Below, piece after piece: positions 42,201 through 54,600 of a stretch of 64,000 bases of DNA. Source of the DNA: Chrysomallon squamiferum (lineage: Eukaryota; Animalia; Mollusca); assembly GCA_012295275.1 (NCBI GenBank), contig CM022676.1, positions 5,518,001 to 5,582,000 of the forward strand. The letters run 5' to 3'. The number at the start of each line of letters is the position of its first letter. The first letter of the stretch is position 1. Below the pieces are notes generated by a model. It did no database searches. It was given only the letters and a program-made list of their open reading frames with translations, and was not told the DNA's origin. A program made the translations under genes and the position numbers.

Positions 42201-45200
42201 AATCAGAACAATTTTGTTTGTTGTTTCATATGAAATTAATGTTTTTTAGTGCACTTAAAATGATTTTATGTTTAATTTTGCCACTGAAATAAATAATTTA
42301 CTATAATAGTATATTTCTTAGTAAATTATAGAGTGTTATATAATTTGCAGCTATTGGAATTCTTTCTATTTCAACCACCCCTATCAATGGCAGACCTTTT
42401 GTTCTGACCTACACTGATGAAAGAGGATTTGCAGATGCATCCATCACTGCATTCAGTCTGAACGGCTGGTCACAAGGATACTGTTTAAAAGGAATGTCAT
42501 GTTCAGGTTTGAAAGGAAACATCCTCACAAAAGTGTCTGACACTGTTCTCACTCTGGAAATTCCCGAATTTATGGAGAGCAACCACACAGGGTTTTGGGA
42601 AGTAATAAATGCTGGAAAGCTTTCAAACAGAATAACTCTGCGAGGCCCATATCCAAGTAATTTGTTTGTTTGTTGTTAAGTTCCCAAAATAATAAGACTG
42701 AATATAAATTTAAATATCTTAATCAAATAGAAATGGCTTTTTTAAAACAAAATATATTTTAAAACAAATTTTTTTCTTATTAATTACAAACTTTATGTTA
42801 TCTTGCACATTTAGAAATGTTGAAATATATAAATAATAATTTTATCAGTTTTAAAATTCCTCAACATCTTTCCTAAACAAATTTTAAGAAACCCATTCTG
42901 TAATAAGAATAGTTTGAATTATAGAAAATTGAAAAATGAGTTTTTTTGTTTTTAAAATCATATTGTATTTGATAAATACCAGAGTTGCAGACCTTTCTAC
43001 AATTATTGTATTATCAGACATTTTTATGTTTATTTTCCAATTTTTTTTCTTTTTGGTTTCAAGCACTGCCACCATTATCAACACGTAAGTTTTCCTTTTA
43101 TTTGTATGCACAAAAATGGTTTAATTTCTGTTACTTTGGAAATTGTAACATATATATATATGTGTGTGTGTGTGTTTGTGACTGTGTTTTGAAAAATAAT
43201 ACTTTATTGTAAAATTTCTAATTGCCAGAGGATTGAATTGTGTTCTACTTAAAAAACACACAAAAAATCAAAAAACAGCAACAATGTACCAAGTTACAGT
43301 TCAGTCAGTGATTGTACGTTTAGGTTATTATATTCGCTATTTTAGATGATGATGTTTCAAGTTATTTCATTTTTTCACCATTTTGCAGTTTTTATAATGT
43401 TATGTTTATAGCAAGTTCTAAAATTTTTTTTTTTTTTTTTATAATATTGATGTTATATTCTCTATTTAAAAAAATGATCGCTACATGATGGGAAACAGAA
43501 CGGCAAAGAACTACAACAACTGGTGAGTTTTAGTATTGTATATTTCTACTTGGCCTTCTTCTATCTGACTGTCTGTCAGTCTGTGTGTGTGTTTAATGTA
43601 TGTATAATAGAGTAGAAACTGGCAAAACCGGTCCCTGATTATCCCAGATTACTGTCTACACTGGCCATGTTTTTAGGTCCTGAATTTACGTGTACACATT
43701 ATGTGTATTAAAACCTTTAATAAACTGAATCCTCTAATAAACTGAATCCTCTGTATTACAGATTTCTAAAGACTAAAAAAAATATATATGTATATTTTTT
43801 TAATTTTCATTTGACATCACCAGAAGAACCATTGACAACATTAACATCTAGTAAGTTTTTTTCCTTCTTTTACAAAGAGCAGTTAGTAAAAGCAATAACA
43901 GTTAGAATTGTATAAATTAGAATAAATCAATGTTGGTCCTATTTCTTAAAAAAAAAAAAAAAAAAAGTATTACTGTATGAGAACACTTTTTTTTATATAA
44001 TAGATATGCTCCATTATTGATCATGAGTTTCTAGAAAGTGCAAAAATAAAAATAAAATGTCTCTCTCTATATATTAAAATGTATGTATGTATGTATGTAT
44101 GTATGTTTGTATATGTGTGTGTGTGTGTTCCTGTGTTCAAGAGAGAAGACCATTTACACAAATATACTTTATTTTATATCATGTTGATATTATTTCTTCT
44201 TATTTTTGTTATAGTTGTTGGAGTTCTTAGTGCACCAAAACCAGTTATTGGTCAACCTTTTGTTCTCACCTACACAAAAGCAGATGGAAACACCTCATCA
44301 TCTGATATAATATTTAGTCTGAATTCCAGACCACAAGGATCGTGTGCTCCCAAGTATTTTTGTGAATCTTCAAAGGGATACAATATTACAAGACAGTCTG
44401 ACAGAGTTGTCACTCAAGAGATTCCAGTGTTTGATAGGGATGTACACAGTGGAAAGTGGCTGGTTACAGATGACAATCAATATTCTAACAGTATTATGCT
44501 TACATACCCATATACAAGTGAAGTATTTTTGATAGGAATGAATGGAAATAAACTTCTCTGGAATAACAGTTTCTGTATATATCAGATTTTAGTGCTTCGC
44601 TAATTTCATCTACTCTTTTTTTTTTTCTTCTAATAAAAATCTCATAATTTAAAAGTAATTTTCTATATTTTAAAGTAATAGTAATAATAGTAATATTTAT
44701 CATTATTATTATTTGTGAAATTATGTGGAGTTGTCTACCTCTGTCACAGTGAAAACATTTATTATTTTCATTCCCTCAGATATCCCTCCACCACCACCTC
44801 TGCCAACACAACCATGTAAGTTAACAGAATTATTCATTAATTTATACCACTCTCATATTCAAAAAATATTGTTTGAGATAGTCTTTTTGATTTTTTTTTT
44901 TTATGACCAACAATTAATTTGAAAAATTGTGTTTACCATTAAATTACCTTTTTGAATAGGTTTTAATATTTAGGTAACTAATTTCAAAAACAAAATTTCA
45001 TTTTTGGGCCTAGCAAAATTTTATGGACAAATTTTAATAAAAAAAAAAAAAAAAAAAAAAGTTTCAAGTCTGCGTATTGTTTATGGATACATTATGGTTA
45101 TCTTTTTTACTTTTCTAATCTAAGAGACAATGCCAACAGCAATTTACAGTGACCAGTGTAAAGCAAACACATTAGTGTAATACTAAGTTGCTTTTATAAT

Positions 45201-48200
45201 AATCTTTAGCAAGTTTTGGTTCCCACTTTAATATAATAGAATTATTTCTGAATTACTGAAATTGTATTTGAACTTAGTAATGCACTGGTTTAATGTTTTT
45301 CTTGTTGTCCAACTGTTTTGATAATGGCTAATTATTTTAATAATAGCATTTTTTGAGTTTTCAAGAATATTAGGTAGTTTTAAATATGGAATTAATGAGA
45401 GAATGCTAAAAGTCTAATTATATTAATTAAGCAAAATAACTAAATTTTACTGAGTAAAATTTTTTTTCATCTTTTCATATTTCTGATCAGCATTGTGATG
45501 ACATTTGAAAAAATTATATCATGTAATTTTCTACTAATGCCTCAAATATTTTAACTCCTGTTATCACTGTTTGGCAGAGGTTATGAATATATTTGCTTAT
45601 TTATTTTTATCTTTTATTTACTTGGTGATGATATTTTCATTTTAGTAACATTTTTATATTTATGATCTTGAAATTTGACTTCAGCAACAAGAACACAAAT
45701 ACCAGTAGCAACACAGCCAACACAGTGGCCTTCAGAGGAGGCAACAAAACAAACAAGTGGTAAGTGCTTAGTTTTATTTTAATTATTTTAAATTTATTTT
45801 AGAATAGGTGCTATTAATGGGTTTGAAAAAATGCTGTTCATACACAAACCAGTTATTATTTCAGTTCTGCCTGTTGATTCTAATGTTAAATAAATATCAT
45901 TTTGCTTTTCAGAATTAGCACAAATGTCACAAGAAGCAACAAAATTTGCAACAAAGGCAAACACATATTTAATGTTCAAAATAAATTAATCTTCATAATA
46001 ATGATTTGCAAGTAACAGTATATTTAAACCATATTAATTACTGTACACTGTGAAAGAAATGTACTTACGCAAACACAGAGTCATTAACTTTCTGAAATAA
46101 GTACACATCTGTTTTCCATAGTATAAAGGCAGGTTATCAATTTTTGTATAAATAAGTAAACCATGACAATAATTTTTTTTTTTCATTTTCTTTAGCTAGT
46201 TTTCTGAGTTCACATATCCTTTAAGCTAATTTTAATTTTTAGAAATAATGTAGACACAGTAGTGACTGAACATATAAACTATAACTTAATAACTAAAAAA
46301 AAATCACTAGATATATATTAAATAATGTGATCAAAGATTAATCAAGAGTGAGAGTTATTGTTATTATTATTATTATTATTATTATTTTTTTTTTTTTACA
46401 GTTTCAGGGGTTCTTACTATAAGCCATCCTGTCATAGGTTCATCATTATTTTTCACATACAAAAAACATGATAACACAGCATCCACAACTGTAGAATTCA
46501 CCCTGAATGGAGAGACACAAGCAGTTTGCAGTCCAAACTTAACATGCACTTCTGACCAGGGGCACATGATTGCAATGCTTCCTGAAGGAGCTGCATATAT
46601 GGAGATTCCAGATTATGATAATAACAAACATAGTGGAATTTGGAGGGTTAAAGATGGCACTGGATATTCCAATGAAGTTAATGTTAGAATATCAGTTCGT
46701 AAGTATTTCTGACAAAATTTAATATTTATTTTTTATTACTTCTGTCCATGAATTTATTTTACTGAAAAAAAAAATGAAAGTTGGTCTTTGACCTTTTCTA
46801 GATACTTAATTATGAAAAATATTTCATATGGAATTGCTTTAATAGACATTGTTAGTTTGTTAAATACATTTTTATTAAGAAAGATACAGGTATCGCATGT
46901 TCTGTGTGATAGTTAAATAAATGCAAACAAAACAGCATATTCTATAAACTGATCTTCCTTCATTCAAAATGGGGTTCATTTAACTAATGAGTGTAACATG
47001 TGATCTTTTATTTTATTTATTATTATTATTATTATTATTTTTTTTTTTTAGAAAAAGTATCCGAGTATAATCAAAATGTAGTTTTGAGCAAATAAATTTA
47101 TGTAAGGACATCCTATGGTTAAGACATTGCATTAAAATTACTTAATAAAAGACTATTTCCAAATAAAAGATAAATTATACAAAACATGGAAAAAGAAAAT
47201 AAGACTGAAAACAGTGTTTTATAATAATAATTTGTCTCCAATGAACACTTATAATATGATTTTATTTCTCACAACATATTAAAAAAAAGAAAAAAAAGAG
47301 GTAATAATTGTTTTGTTTTCTTATGTTATGTTGTTGATCATGAATACCTATTTATATGATTAAATAGTGGGAACCCTGAAAACATTAATAATTGTTTGTT
47401 TATTTTATTTTCAGTAGGAAATAATTTTCTTTTACATTTCTTTTCAGAAACACAACAATAGCATTTTAATGTTTTACCATCATTTGTTATTGTGATTTTA
47501 GAAGAAAACATTTTAATTATTTTAAAATTATTAGGAAAATGTTTAAGAATATAACTTTTATCTTGGTAATAATATTTGTACTTAATATAATTTTGACCAT
47601 TAACATCACCAGCAACAGAAACTCCAAAACCATCGTCAACTGAAGCAGAGAAACAGCCAAAAGACGGGCAGCCATCTAGTAAGTGTTTAGTTTTCTTTAC
47701 AACAAATTAAGATTATATCATTTGTCTTGTATTACAGATCATATTAATTAGACTTTCTAACATATTATGTTTATTTATTTATTAGATTTATAAAGGAAAC
47801 TTCATTTCTGAAGGCTTAATATAAAAATGCTGTTCTCATCTGTTCATTATTAAGATATTTCCGTTGGATTATTTGCCTTGATTAAAAACTAAATTTTTAT
47901 ATTTTTTTAGTAATTTTCACATAAGAAAAAATATAAAAATGTTATGATGTTTTTATTTTGTTAACTCGTATATCCATTAACAAATAAAAAAACAGAAGGT
48001 GACCAAATTTATTTTTTAAATTGATAAAAGTTTGAACTTAAATTATTTATTTAATTTGCAGGTCCTGGGGTTCTTTCAGCAGACACTCCTGTGGTCGGTG
48101 CAGCATTGATTCTGAAATACACAAAACATGCAGAAACAAGATCCACATACTTAGAGATCACTCGGAATGGAGAGACACAAGCCATTTGCAAACCTAACTT

Positions 48201-51200
48201 ACCTTGTACTACTAACAAAGAGTACATGATTGCAAGACAAAGCACTGGAACTGTATATCTGCAGATTCCACGTTTTGATGAAAACACACATGGTGGTACC
48301 TGGAAGGTTAAAGATGACGGTGCATATTCTAACGAAGTACAAATTTGTAAGTATTTTCCAAAGAAAACTAAACTTTATTAATTTATTCCTTAATAAATTC
48401 AGATTGTCAGCTTTGGACATTTCTAGAAATTCATTAGTTCTTTGTTTTTTATTATTATCATTATTTTTATTAATTATTGAGAAATGTGCAGTTAATTTAG
48501 TTTTTAATACATTTTTTTTGTATTCTTTTTACTAATATGCTAATGATAGAATTAATTATTTCTCAGAAATCAAAAAATTTATGTAATAGGAACATAATGA
48601 AATATTATTTCCAAACCTTTAGATTTATATCTTAAATAGTTTCTTAGATTTATTATTTTAATCTTTTTTTTAATAGAGCTTTAGAGATGTAATTAATGGA
48701 AAATGTTTTATTATGAATATATCTTCACAGAAAATTAATTTTCCACACTTGATAGAATAAAACAATTTAAGCATCTGAAAGCATCAAAAACTTAATGAAA
48801 TAAATATATATATTATGCAATGTAAAATAGAATGTTAAATTTACAGGAATTTTATGACAAAATTATTTAAGAGAATTAAAGATTTTTTTTTTCTGTTAAA
48901 AGGTAAATTTTACTAAGTATGGAAATAAAAAATAAAACATAATACTGAGTTTAAAGATGATAATATTTCTTACAAAATATGATATATTTATAATAAATAA
49001 AAGAAGAAGAGTAATAAATCTCAGTAAATTTAACCAGTAAAATGAACATAATTGTTTTGAATGCATGTTTTATGAATATGAACTGTGTCATCTAGTCTTT
49101 AATCCATTTCAGCATTTTTCTTCTTCTACATCTTTTTTTTTTAATTTTTTAAATAAGAAAGAAACATTTCTTACACAAGCATTAAAATCATATCAGAATT
49201 TTTTTTTTATAAAGTAATTCATGCACAATTTTTGTTATTTTATTATTTTTAACCCATTAAAAAATAAATAATAAGTTAAATAATTGTAAATATTAAGAAG
49301 TATAATTAGGGTTGTAACAATAGTTATTATTACTAGTAATGTTTTTTAACATTTTTTTAATTAACTGACCAATTACATCAGCATCAATAGAAACAACAAC
49401 AGAACCGACACAGCCAACAGGTATGTGTTCAGTTATGTTCGTAACTAATCAGTTTTCATTGATTGATTTTAGTTCAGAAGTAGTTTATAATATAACTAAA
49501 ATATGCTAACTTGAAGGCATAATAATAAAATTACCAAAAAAAAGCACTCAGCCTTTTTTATTTTTTAAGCATCACCTACACACATAATAAGAAGGAAACA
49601 AATTTTTATATCAAAAAATGTATTTACTAAAGACGTCATTCTTACATTTTTTTTACTGAAGAACAATTTTTTTAAAAGAGATCACAGATTTATATTTATA
49701 ATATCCTCATAGAATCACGATAAGATTGCATTATAAAATGTCCTTATTCACTTTCAGGTCCTGGGATTCTTTCTGCAACTAGTCCATATAATGGTGCAGC
49801 ATTGCTTTTTACATACAAAAAACACAAAAAAATAGCAACAACCTTTATAGAGTTCATTCAAAATGGTGAGTCACACGGTATCTGCATACCTCTGTCAGCA
49901 TGCACCTCAGATGAGGGATTCTCAATTACAAGACTGCCTAATGGGGATACATACATGCAGATTTCAAAATACGATGATAAAATACACAGTGGTACTTGGA
50001 TGGTTAAAGATGACAATGACTATTCAAATGCACTTAACATTTTTGGTGAGAACTTTTCATATAAGATGAAATTTTATTTTTAAAATGTATTTATTTCCTT
50101 ACTTAATTGATTAATCATTATAATTCTTTACTTTTATGAGCAAAATGAAAATATGATCGTGTGACTAATTCTGTGTGAGGAAGACTTCAGTTTCTTTAAA
50201 CATTTTGTAATATTTATTATTATTATTATTTTTTTTTTTATTCCAGCCTTCTATGAATACTTATGATGTAGAATAGAGTAGTCAAAGAGATATCAAAATA
50301 ATCAACAGTAACATGAAATAAGACGATTACATTTTTCAACTACTATTTTAATATATATTTTTTATCACAAAAATCTCTGTATGTATTAACTTGATAATGA
50401 CAAAAACACATGAAACATATAATATGGAAAAAGGGAAAAGAATGGAAAAAATATCTGTGCAGTTAAAGAGTCATAAATTTTGTTTTTGCTCCCATATTTT
50501 CACAGTACTAGTTGTAGTTCCATTATTTTAATATTCATTGGTTAGATTATGGCGTGATGAAATTGTAAATAAATATAACTAATACTTTGGCTTGTCATCA
50601 ATGCTGTATTTTGTAAGAATATCACCATAAACAGTATTTTATATAATGCTAAATTTCAGTTGACATAGCTCATCAGTCTTGCTAGAATAGTGGTAATTCA
50701 CTCATCACTGAAGTTCAAAAGTGACTCTGTGAAAGTCTTAAGGTTTACAAAAATGTTCACATATCAAGATAACTGCATCAATAAAACCAAATAAAACTAA
50801 TTGTTGAATTGTTATAGAAAATATTTTTTTAATTATTACATAAGCAGAAATAAACAATCATTTTAATATGCTGTACTTTCGGCAGTGTGAGATAATGGCA
50901 ATATTAGCTTTATTGCTTATTTAGTATTGCCAGTGCAGACAATCTCCATTTTGTAAATAATATATTGAGATCTTCCATAAACTATCATCATCTTCTTTTT
51001 TAAAATTTTTATTATTATTTTTTTTATTTTAATTAGTATTGCTTTTGGGTTTTTTTGACTGATTTTATTCTTCTTTTCTTTTTTTTTCTAATAATTTTCT
51101 TTTACATTTTTGACTCTTCAGAGATGACTAATTAACTTAGTGCAGTTTTATGACTGATGATTTTGGAAATCAGAATAATTTTAAATTGATGACAATATGA

Positions 51201-51559
51201 CCATCCACAAAAAACCAATGAACTTGTATATGTTTATGATGGTACTAATTCAAACAAATATTACTCATGCAAAATTTTATTAATTTATCTCCATCAGACT
51301 TATTCAGTTATATTTAACGATAAAAATAAACCCCATGAAATGTGTTCATTTAACATTTAAAAATGTATTTCATTATTCTTTCACAGTCACAACAATTGCA
51401 CCATCTACACGAGAAGAAACAAAACAACCAACACAAACACCATCAGTTGGTAGGTTTTTGTTTTATTTGTTTTCTTGACTACTTTAACTGAATCTTGCAG
51501 TAATCTAGATGTGAAGTTAGGAGAGGTATCTGCAACTTTTAATTTTTATTCCTTGGTGT

Positions 51560-51606
<47 letters not shown>

Positions 51607-54600
51607 TATAATACAAATCTTTCTGATAAATAAAATAAAAATATATATTATTTTCCTATTTTTACTTGATTTTACTCAGATAAAATGGAGAAAAATATTT
51701 GTGATACTAACTGTTTGATTTCATACTGAAAGGATATCATTATCTGTTTTAAAAGAAATGAATTTTAACATGTATTAAATTGTTAGATTGGGAAATTTGT
51801 AAAATATTGTTACTGTTTTTTAACACATGTACTTCAAATTTTGAAGGAAACAAAATGTAATGTTGCAGTTTTTGCTGTTTTAATATATGGAGCTTCTGTA
51901 CTTTTTGTTGTGTTTGTTTTTTTGTTTGTGTGCATGCATGTGTTTGAGTGTATATTAATATCATAAATAAAACTCAAAATTACTATCTCAGTAATATTAA
52001 CTTTAATAAGACATGGAATTCAAGAAGAGTTAGATTTGGGAAAAGTTACTTTTTGACATTTTTTCTTTTCTCCAGTTTTAATTTCCACTATTTTAATCAT
52101 TAATATCAGCATCAACAGAAATACCAGTATCGGCATCAACAGAAGTATCAATACCAGGATCAACGCAAACAACTGAAAAGTCATGGCAGCCATCAGAGAT
52201 AAATGCAACACGTAAGCTGTTATAAACTGTTAATGACCAGTTTGTTTATTTATTTATTTATTTATTTATTTATGTATTTATTTATTTATTTATTTATTTA
52301 TTTATGTATTTATTTATTTATTATTAATATTAGTATTATTATTTTGATTATTACTATTGTTATTATTATTATTATTTATGATTATTATTACTATTATTAA
52401 TATCATTATATTACATTATTAGTATTTATGATTATGATTATTATTATTATTATATTATTAGCAGTATCATCATCATCATCATTATCATTATTATTACTAT
52501 TATTATTGCAGTTCCTGGAATACTTCGTATAGGGACTCCTATCATTGGTAGACCTTTACTTATAACCTACAAGATCAGAAACGTTGCCGTAGTTGATTCA
52601 GAAGTACAGTTTTTACTCAATGGCAGACTACAAGGAACCTGCTCTTTTGAACATCCATGCTTCTCAGAAAAAGGATTCATCCTCACAAGACAGTCGATTT
52701 ATATTATCACTTTGGAGATTTTTTCATTTGATCAAAGAAAGCATAGTGGTACTTGGATGGTGAAAGACAGGAATGCATATTCTAACAAAATAACTCTGAG
52801 AAGACCATTTCGTAAGTAGTTTCTGAACTTATGTTTCTTTTTATATGACAATATTGGAACTTCTAGTGCTAGAAAATGATTTTTTAAGGAGAATGTACAG
52901 ATGAATCTAAAATATATTCTGATGCTGTTTGATTTCATTAGTATTTTATAATTATTCATTATTTATTTGTTTTTGTCTCACTTGTAAAAGAAAAAAATGA
53001 TTTGAAAAATCATGTCTAGAACATATTTAATTTAAGTCATACCTTTGATGATATGCTTCCTGATTATTGTTTTATTTATATATGGGGGACCAATAGAAAC
53101 AAAGTATAAGAATTATATATAGACAACTGAAAGAATGAGTAAATCATGGCATTACAAAATGGCACTATCTTCAGTTTGAAATTTTACATTTCATTGTACA
53201 TGATGATCCAAGTAAAAATGGATAAATATTATCCATTTTGTTTTAACAAAAAAAAAAAAAAAAAAAAAAATAATAATAATAATAAAAAAATAAATAAATA
53301 TAATATAATATATATAATTACAATATACAATCATTTCAATGAATACAAATTTATTTAAGCTATTTGTTTGGAACACAGTCACTAAATTCTTAACCAATCC
53401 ATTATGATCTACTTTTATCTGAATCAAATATGAGAAGAGATATACATAACTATTTCATCAATGATGAAAATACCTTTATTTAAGCTATTGATGATTTTAA
53501 TTCTTTTTCTTTTTTTTTTTAATATTATGAATAAAAAAAATATGTGTTTATTAGTATTTTATTTGAAAACAACAGGATGGATTGAAATGTCAATAGATGG
53601 ACTAATTGAAAGAGGTAAGTCTTTAATGATTGTGTAAATGTTTTTCATTGCTATACTCCATACATTATGATAAATGAATTTTTTAATATTCATCTAAGAA
53701 AATTTAGTTTATTTAAAAGGATTATAATATATTAAAAGAAATGTCATATATGAATGCTTTTGAAAAGAATATATGTCAACTCTTTTAATCAGTTACTTGA
53801 TCTTTAAATAAATATCATTTGATTTATAATAACACATAAATTCAAAATAAAAGGTTATTATAAGACATAGATACATTTCAAAATTAAAACTGATGTTATT
53901 TGAAAAACAAAATTCAATTTTTGTATTAGTTCTGTTTATTACTAGGCATATGTCATGCAAAAAAGAATAAAGTCAATCATTCTTTTGAACTGGATTAAGA
54001 ACAAAATAAATATTTCTGCAATTGTTTAACAAAGTGTATTTTTTATCATAAGTATCTCTTTGTTTCTGTTTGTAGTTGGATTTCTTTCAACACACCATCC
54101 TGTTTCTAACAGCCCTTTACTATTTACATACACAAAAAATGATGGCAGTATAAATGGAGGAACTATAACTTTCAAACAGGATGAAGTAGTTGTAGGAACA
54201 TGTGTTCCAGACAAACTTTGTTCCTCTGAGAGAGGATTCAGTCTAACAAGAGTATCTAATAAAACCGTTACACTGGAAATCCCACATTTTAGTGTTGAAC
54301 AACACAGTGGTATTTGGGTGGCAGTTGACTCTGGTCAGTATTCAAACAAGATTGTTTTGAAAGACCCGTATGGTGAGTGTAACTGCCTGTTATTAATTGT
54401 TTTACATTCATGGCTATTATATATATATATTGATTTGTTTTATCAATTAACAGAAACATGCCTTTTTTTTTTTTTTTTTTTTAAAATGTTAATTAAAATA
54501 AAATAGAAATAGTAATTTTTTGTTGTCATTTCTTATTGGACAGATCTAAAATTACCAGAAACAGTAATTAATATGTGAACAATAAGTTTCAAAATTTAAT

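Larger units (their letters stand above)
14377..42665 (+). repeat. Intragenic tandem array: 6 full ~4.5-4.8 kb units plus a 7th A exon
   Basis: A exons start at 14377, 19182, 23880, 28351, 33019, 37690 and 42351. Introns and exons are near-identical between units. Confidence 0.95.

Noticed and set aside
14377-42665. Tandem units as transposon/LTR copies or separate paralogous genes
   Set aside because: No TIR, LTR, TSD or transposase/RT coding sequence. The units lack start, signal and stop exons.
14377-44517. Dscam-type mutually exclusive exon cluster
   Set aside because: A and B exons alternate with intact linker exons in a fixed order and join in frame, which fits a concatenated repeat protein. 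No repeated selector/docking motif was seen in the array.
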